DNA of 62,356 bases, counting the filler, from Squatina squatina (Eukaryota), in NCBI GenBank assembly GCA_031763465.1. It is 3 parts of 3 records of this genome, joined end to end, with 100 filler letters (N's around TTAATTAATTAA, not from the genome) between each part and the next. Parts side by side here need not be neighbours in the genome. Positions count along the whole stretch, not along the records: positions 47,305 to 62,356 come from JARFOE010000057.1; 2 more parts are not named here. The stretch is one strand, 5' to 3'. The position numbers and the translations under genes were made by a program. Below, piece by piece: positions 58,449 to 62,356 of this stretch (positions are counted from its first letter, which is position 1; each line of letters begins with the position of its first letter). The notes under the pieces are model-generated. The model was given only the letters and a program-made list of their open reading frames with translations. It was not told where the DNA came from and ran no database searches.

Positions 58449-61400
58449 GACCCATTTTGTTCTTTTCTATCACTTCCTTTTCCTCCACACCAAACACTTC
58501 TCAACCCTTCCATACCACTGTCAATGTTATGCACCAGCTGCTCAGATAACGTAATATATATTGACTCATTCTAATTTCCCTTGACCTCTATTCTGGGAAG
58601 ACTCCTGTCCTCCATTCTCTTGTGAGATGAGAATCCACAGCACATTAGACCAATGGTCTGACAACCCAGGAGTACAACTTCAGTAGGATGAGTCAGATGG
58701 TGCTGATTTTTCCTTTTCACATGTCTGCATTGCACAGCCTAGTTGAGAACTGTTGGAACACAACCAAGGGAGACAAGTTCAGGAGACTCAGATAATCAGT
58801 GGTCAAACCTTTGACTGTCAGTCACTCAGTCAATAATCAAACATGAGTTGTTGCACCACCATACATAGTCCTAGAATAGTATTTTACTTCCCATTAGAAA
58901 AGAGAACGCAATTAAATGGTCAGTCTTCTGAAGAAAACTATAACAGAAAGGTTTTGTATGGAGTGCTTGATTCAAGTTGTATGATAAAACATCCTTTGCA
59001 ATTTAGTGGACAAGCTGCTGTATGAAACTAGTGGTTCGACAACAGTGTACCAGTTCAACTTCAGCACACATAGGGTGAACACTGCAGTCTATTAGTAGGG
59101 TTAATAGACAAGGAGCTGGCTTCTGTATTTGGCACATCAGTTACTCACCACTGCCTAATTTTTAATCATTGATTTTTCTGTAATAGAGAGTGCCCTGCTC
59201 TGCTGACTTGGTGTCTCCTGCTGCAGTTGTCTAGCAGTGACTGGAATACAGATGATGAGTGGAGTGTGCACAGACTAGAAATTTGCAATCTGTGTCTGGA
59301 GGACTGTAAAGGTAATAGTCTGGTAACATCTATTTAAAGCGGTAATTTCCCTTTACATAGCAATATCATCCAGATTTTTCTAGCAATGCGATCTCAGCTG
59401 CTCCAGTTATTGGTATTGCTGCAGTCTATTGCAGTGCAGATTAATATGCCACCAGAGAAACCAAATTAAACTGTGAAATCTAATTTCCTCAAATGATGAC
59501 AATTATTGTAAGATTAGTTTCCAAGTGATACCCTAAATTACAGGTGTCGAACCATTCACAATAGTCAACATGGACAATTTCCAATAAGATTGTTTTCTGA
59601 CATGATACTTGAAGAAGGCCACCACTTATTAGGAACTATNNNNNNNNNNNNNNNNNNNNNNNNNNNNNNNNNNNNNNNNNNNNNNNNNNNNNNNNNNNNN
59701 NNNNNNNNNNNNNNNNNNNNNNNNNNNNNNNNNNNNNNNTAGTGTTGTAGTAGCGATCATTCTCCTTTGTAAACTGAGAAGGGAATGCACCAGATTTCAC
59801 AAGCATTATAATTGCTGCGCTGATTAGGACTATGGGGAGGGGCTGTATCTGAATCCTGAATGCTCAGTTCTGTCCATATCTAGTAACAAAGGATGCACTG
59901 TTAATCCCAGCTAAATCAGAGGCTGGTCTTCCATTACTATAGCACCCAAAGTTTACAGGCTCAAAGCAGATCCAATTACCAAATGCCTATGTCTAAAATT
60001 TGCACTTCAATTCAAAAGGACAAAATTGCAAACCATACGGAGTAGCCACTTGGACTTTTTTTTATGTATCCACAGACTTAAGACTCTAATCTGACATTAG
60101 GTTTTGCTAGGTTGGAGTTGAATTGAAATAATTCATCAGTCTGAGAATAGTTTCCTCATATACCCGATACCTGTCTAGTATTGCTTCACATTACATCCTC
60201 TTTAGTCAGTAGCTCTTTGTACTTCTGATCAGACTTGACATCACTCATATACATTTAGCTCACCATTCCCACACCTGGAAATGCCTTGAAGTTGATTAAT
60301 ATGGATTTCTCAATAATAGAACCAGTTAGAGACCTATCCTATTTGTAACAAGCCACATCATGTCTGACAGTTGTATAGCCCCTGGCCATTATTTTGGGGG
60401 GGGTTAACAAAAAGCTGTTGTTTAAGCACAACGTACACAAGATCTCTCAGCACCACATTCCTGTCTGCAAGAGGTCAGAATCTCACAACTGAACCTGTGT
60501 CTGAACGTTCTTATAGAAAAATGTGAAATATTTTTCCCTATTAATCTTTATAGGAATTTTATGAACAATTGTCCTTTCTGCACCTTGGTGATAATACCTT
60601 TTGATCACTTGGAGATGGCTGTAACAGGGTCCGACATGCACTGATGTAAATATGCCTTGACATACCACAGACATGGTTTACCTCATAGCCCTGTAATGTG
60701 GGTCCTGTCATTTAAGTGTAACTGCGATCAGTTGCTTTTGATTAACAATGACTGCTTTGACAAAACACATTCACACACAAAGGCTAGTAAGACTATCAGG
60801 AAACTTGAGCGTATTATGGCTCCAGCATGACTATGGAGTTTCATTTCGGGTTAAGCACATGACAATAATGTTCCATTGTTTTTGTATCTTTTCCCTACAT
60901 ACCATTGTTAAGATAATGCACTTCAGTAACAGGAAAAATAAACATTAGGGTCATAGAACACAATTGCTTCCATGTTTAAATATCTAAGAAAAATCAGAAG
61001 TGGTTTGATAGCACTTAACTTTGACACAGAGGACCATATCCGGCCTTAGGACCGCCTGTCTCTCAAGCTAGCTTGTTTAGCAGGTTGGGTTTTTCCTGCT
61101 CTCGTGATAGATGGAGTAGCTTATAAATAATAAAAGCTTTGAAATTAAACTGTGTTACTATTAGTACACAATCACTTAACACACTTAGGTTGAATTTAAT
61201 GATTAGAAGTAAATATTCACACAGCATAATTTCATAAGAGTGCTCATTGCATTTGTTATGAAATTCCTTCAGCTCCTATTCTAGGCTGGCATAATAGCTT
61301 CTCCGATTCGCTTGAAAGTGGCAGTACATCCATTTATGGTTAGATATGGACAGAACTGGACATTCAGGGGTCAGATAAAACCCCTCTCCTTAGGCCCAAT

Positions 61401-62247
61401 GGGCTAGCCCATTTATTTTTACGCTAATATTTACACAGTATTTCAAACTCAATGGATAGATAGGGAGTGGAAACTACATGCTCCTGATTGGTGGGGCATT
61501 CAGTGATTCATTGTGGCACTTAATTTGCAACAGAAAGGAAAGAAAAAAATTTCTTTCAAAATACAAGTTGTCGTTTGTTAATGAATAGTCCAGGGATCCA
61601 GGAGTGAAAACAATGGAGGTGTGAGACAGTCATCTCTTAAACCAACTATCAAGGTACACATCAGAACTGGGCTATTAGATTGGCAATACAACTTCCTTTT
61701 CATTTTCATTAGAATTTCTCATGCTGCCTCATCCTATAGTAAAACACTAGCCAGGTAAACTTGAACAGTTGAATAATCAGACCAGAAAAAGAGATGTGCT
61801 GTTGCACAATGCTGGCCATACTGGAAAAAAGAAGAGCGTATATCTGTCGCACCACCATTCCTATATTTCATTGTTTTAGTAAAGCTGCACTGTTCATGTG
61901 TCTAACACTGAGGAAATAACAAAGGGACTATGCTGTAAAGGTTTCGATATTAAAAGTGTTCATCATCTTAATAAGAGAGGATGATTCAAATTCAAGATTT
62001 ACAGCAGCTATCACAGAGCTGGAGTGCTGGAGTCAGAGTTAATAGATAAAATACAGATACAGTAAAGCTAACAGCTGTTTTGAAACTGGAGAAGTCTCTT
62101 TAAGTGGTCAAATAGTTCTTTGAGGTAATTGACTCCCTATTGTAATAATGAGTGATATAATAGCGGAATGAAGAATTGTAAAAGCATTTAACAAATCCAA
62201 AGAACGAATGACAAAGAAACAAGCTAATACCAGCACACTAAGAAATT

Positions 62248-62345
62248 AGGCAGAGTAGTAAGTTAGAACATTATCCTTTCACCCCAGTGACCAGGTTTTT
62301 GAGTCCAACTCAGATCGATCAAATGAAGGCTCTTCCTGTCTGAAA
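62248..62345 (+). mobile_element. Possible 5' head of an LF-SINE-like element
   Basis: CCTTTCACCCCAGTGACCAGGTTTTTGAGTCCAACTCAGA resembles the head at 45225-45275. Truncated by the window end. Confidence 0.3.
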
Positions 62346-62356
62346 TTCTCTTCCTA

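Overview
This is eukaryotic, AT-rich, gene-poor DNA (intronic or intergenic). It most likely comes from a cartilaginous fish (shark or ray), inferred from the repeat families present: Deu-domain SacSINE1-like SINEs, abundant CR1 and L2 LINE 3' ends, and GC-rich Harbinger-type elements. The assembly is a fragmented draft with many N gaps and two artificial 100-nt joins (44 N + TTAATTAATTAA + 44 N, at 23701-23800 and 47205-47304), so the window is probably three separately assembled pieces. I found no intact host protein-coding gene, RNA gene or CRISPR array. The recognisable ORFs are decayed transposon proteins: CR1, L2 and RTE LINE ORF2 fragments, and three PIF/Harbinger transposase relics plus a possible fourth. 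The most notable observations are a Harbinger transposase plus TIR-element system with internal palindromes and minisatellites, an LF-SINE-like element, two SINE/LINE shared 3' tails, palindromic MITEs, and a few candidate exons and enhancer-like blocks. I cannot support a new biological system from the sequence alone. All family names come from remembered consensus motifs, not from database searches.
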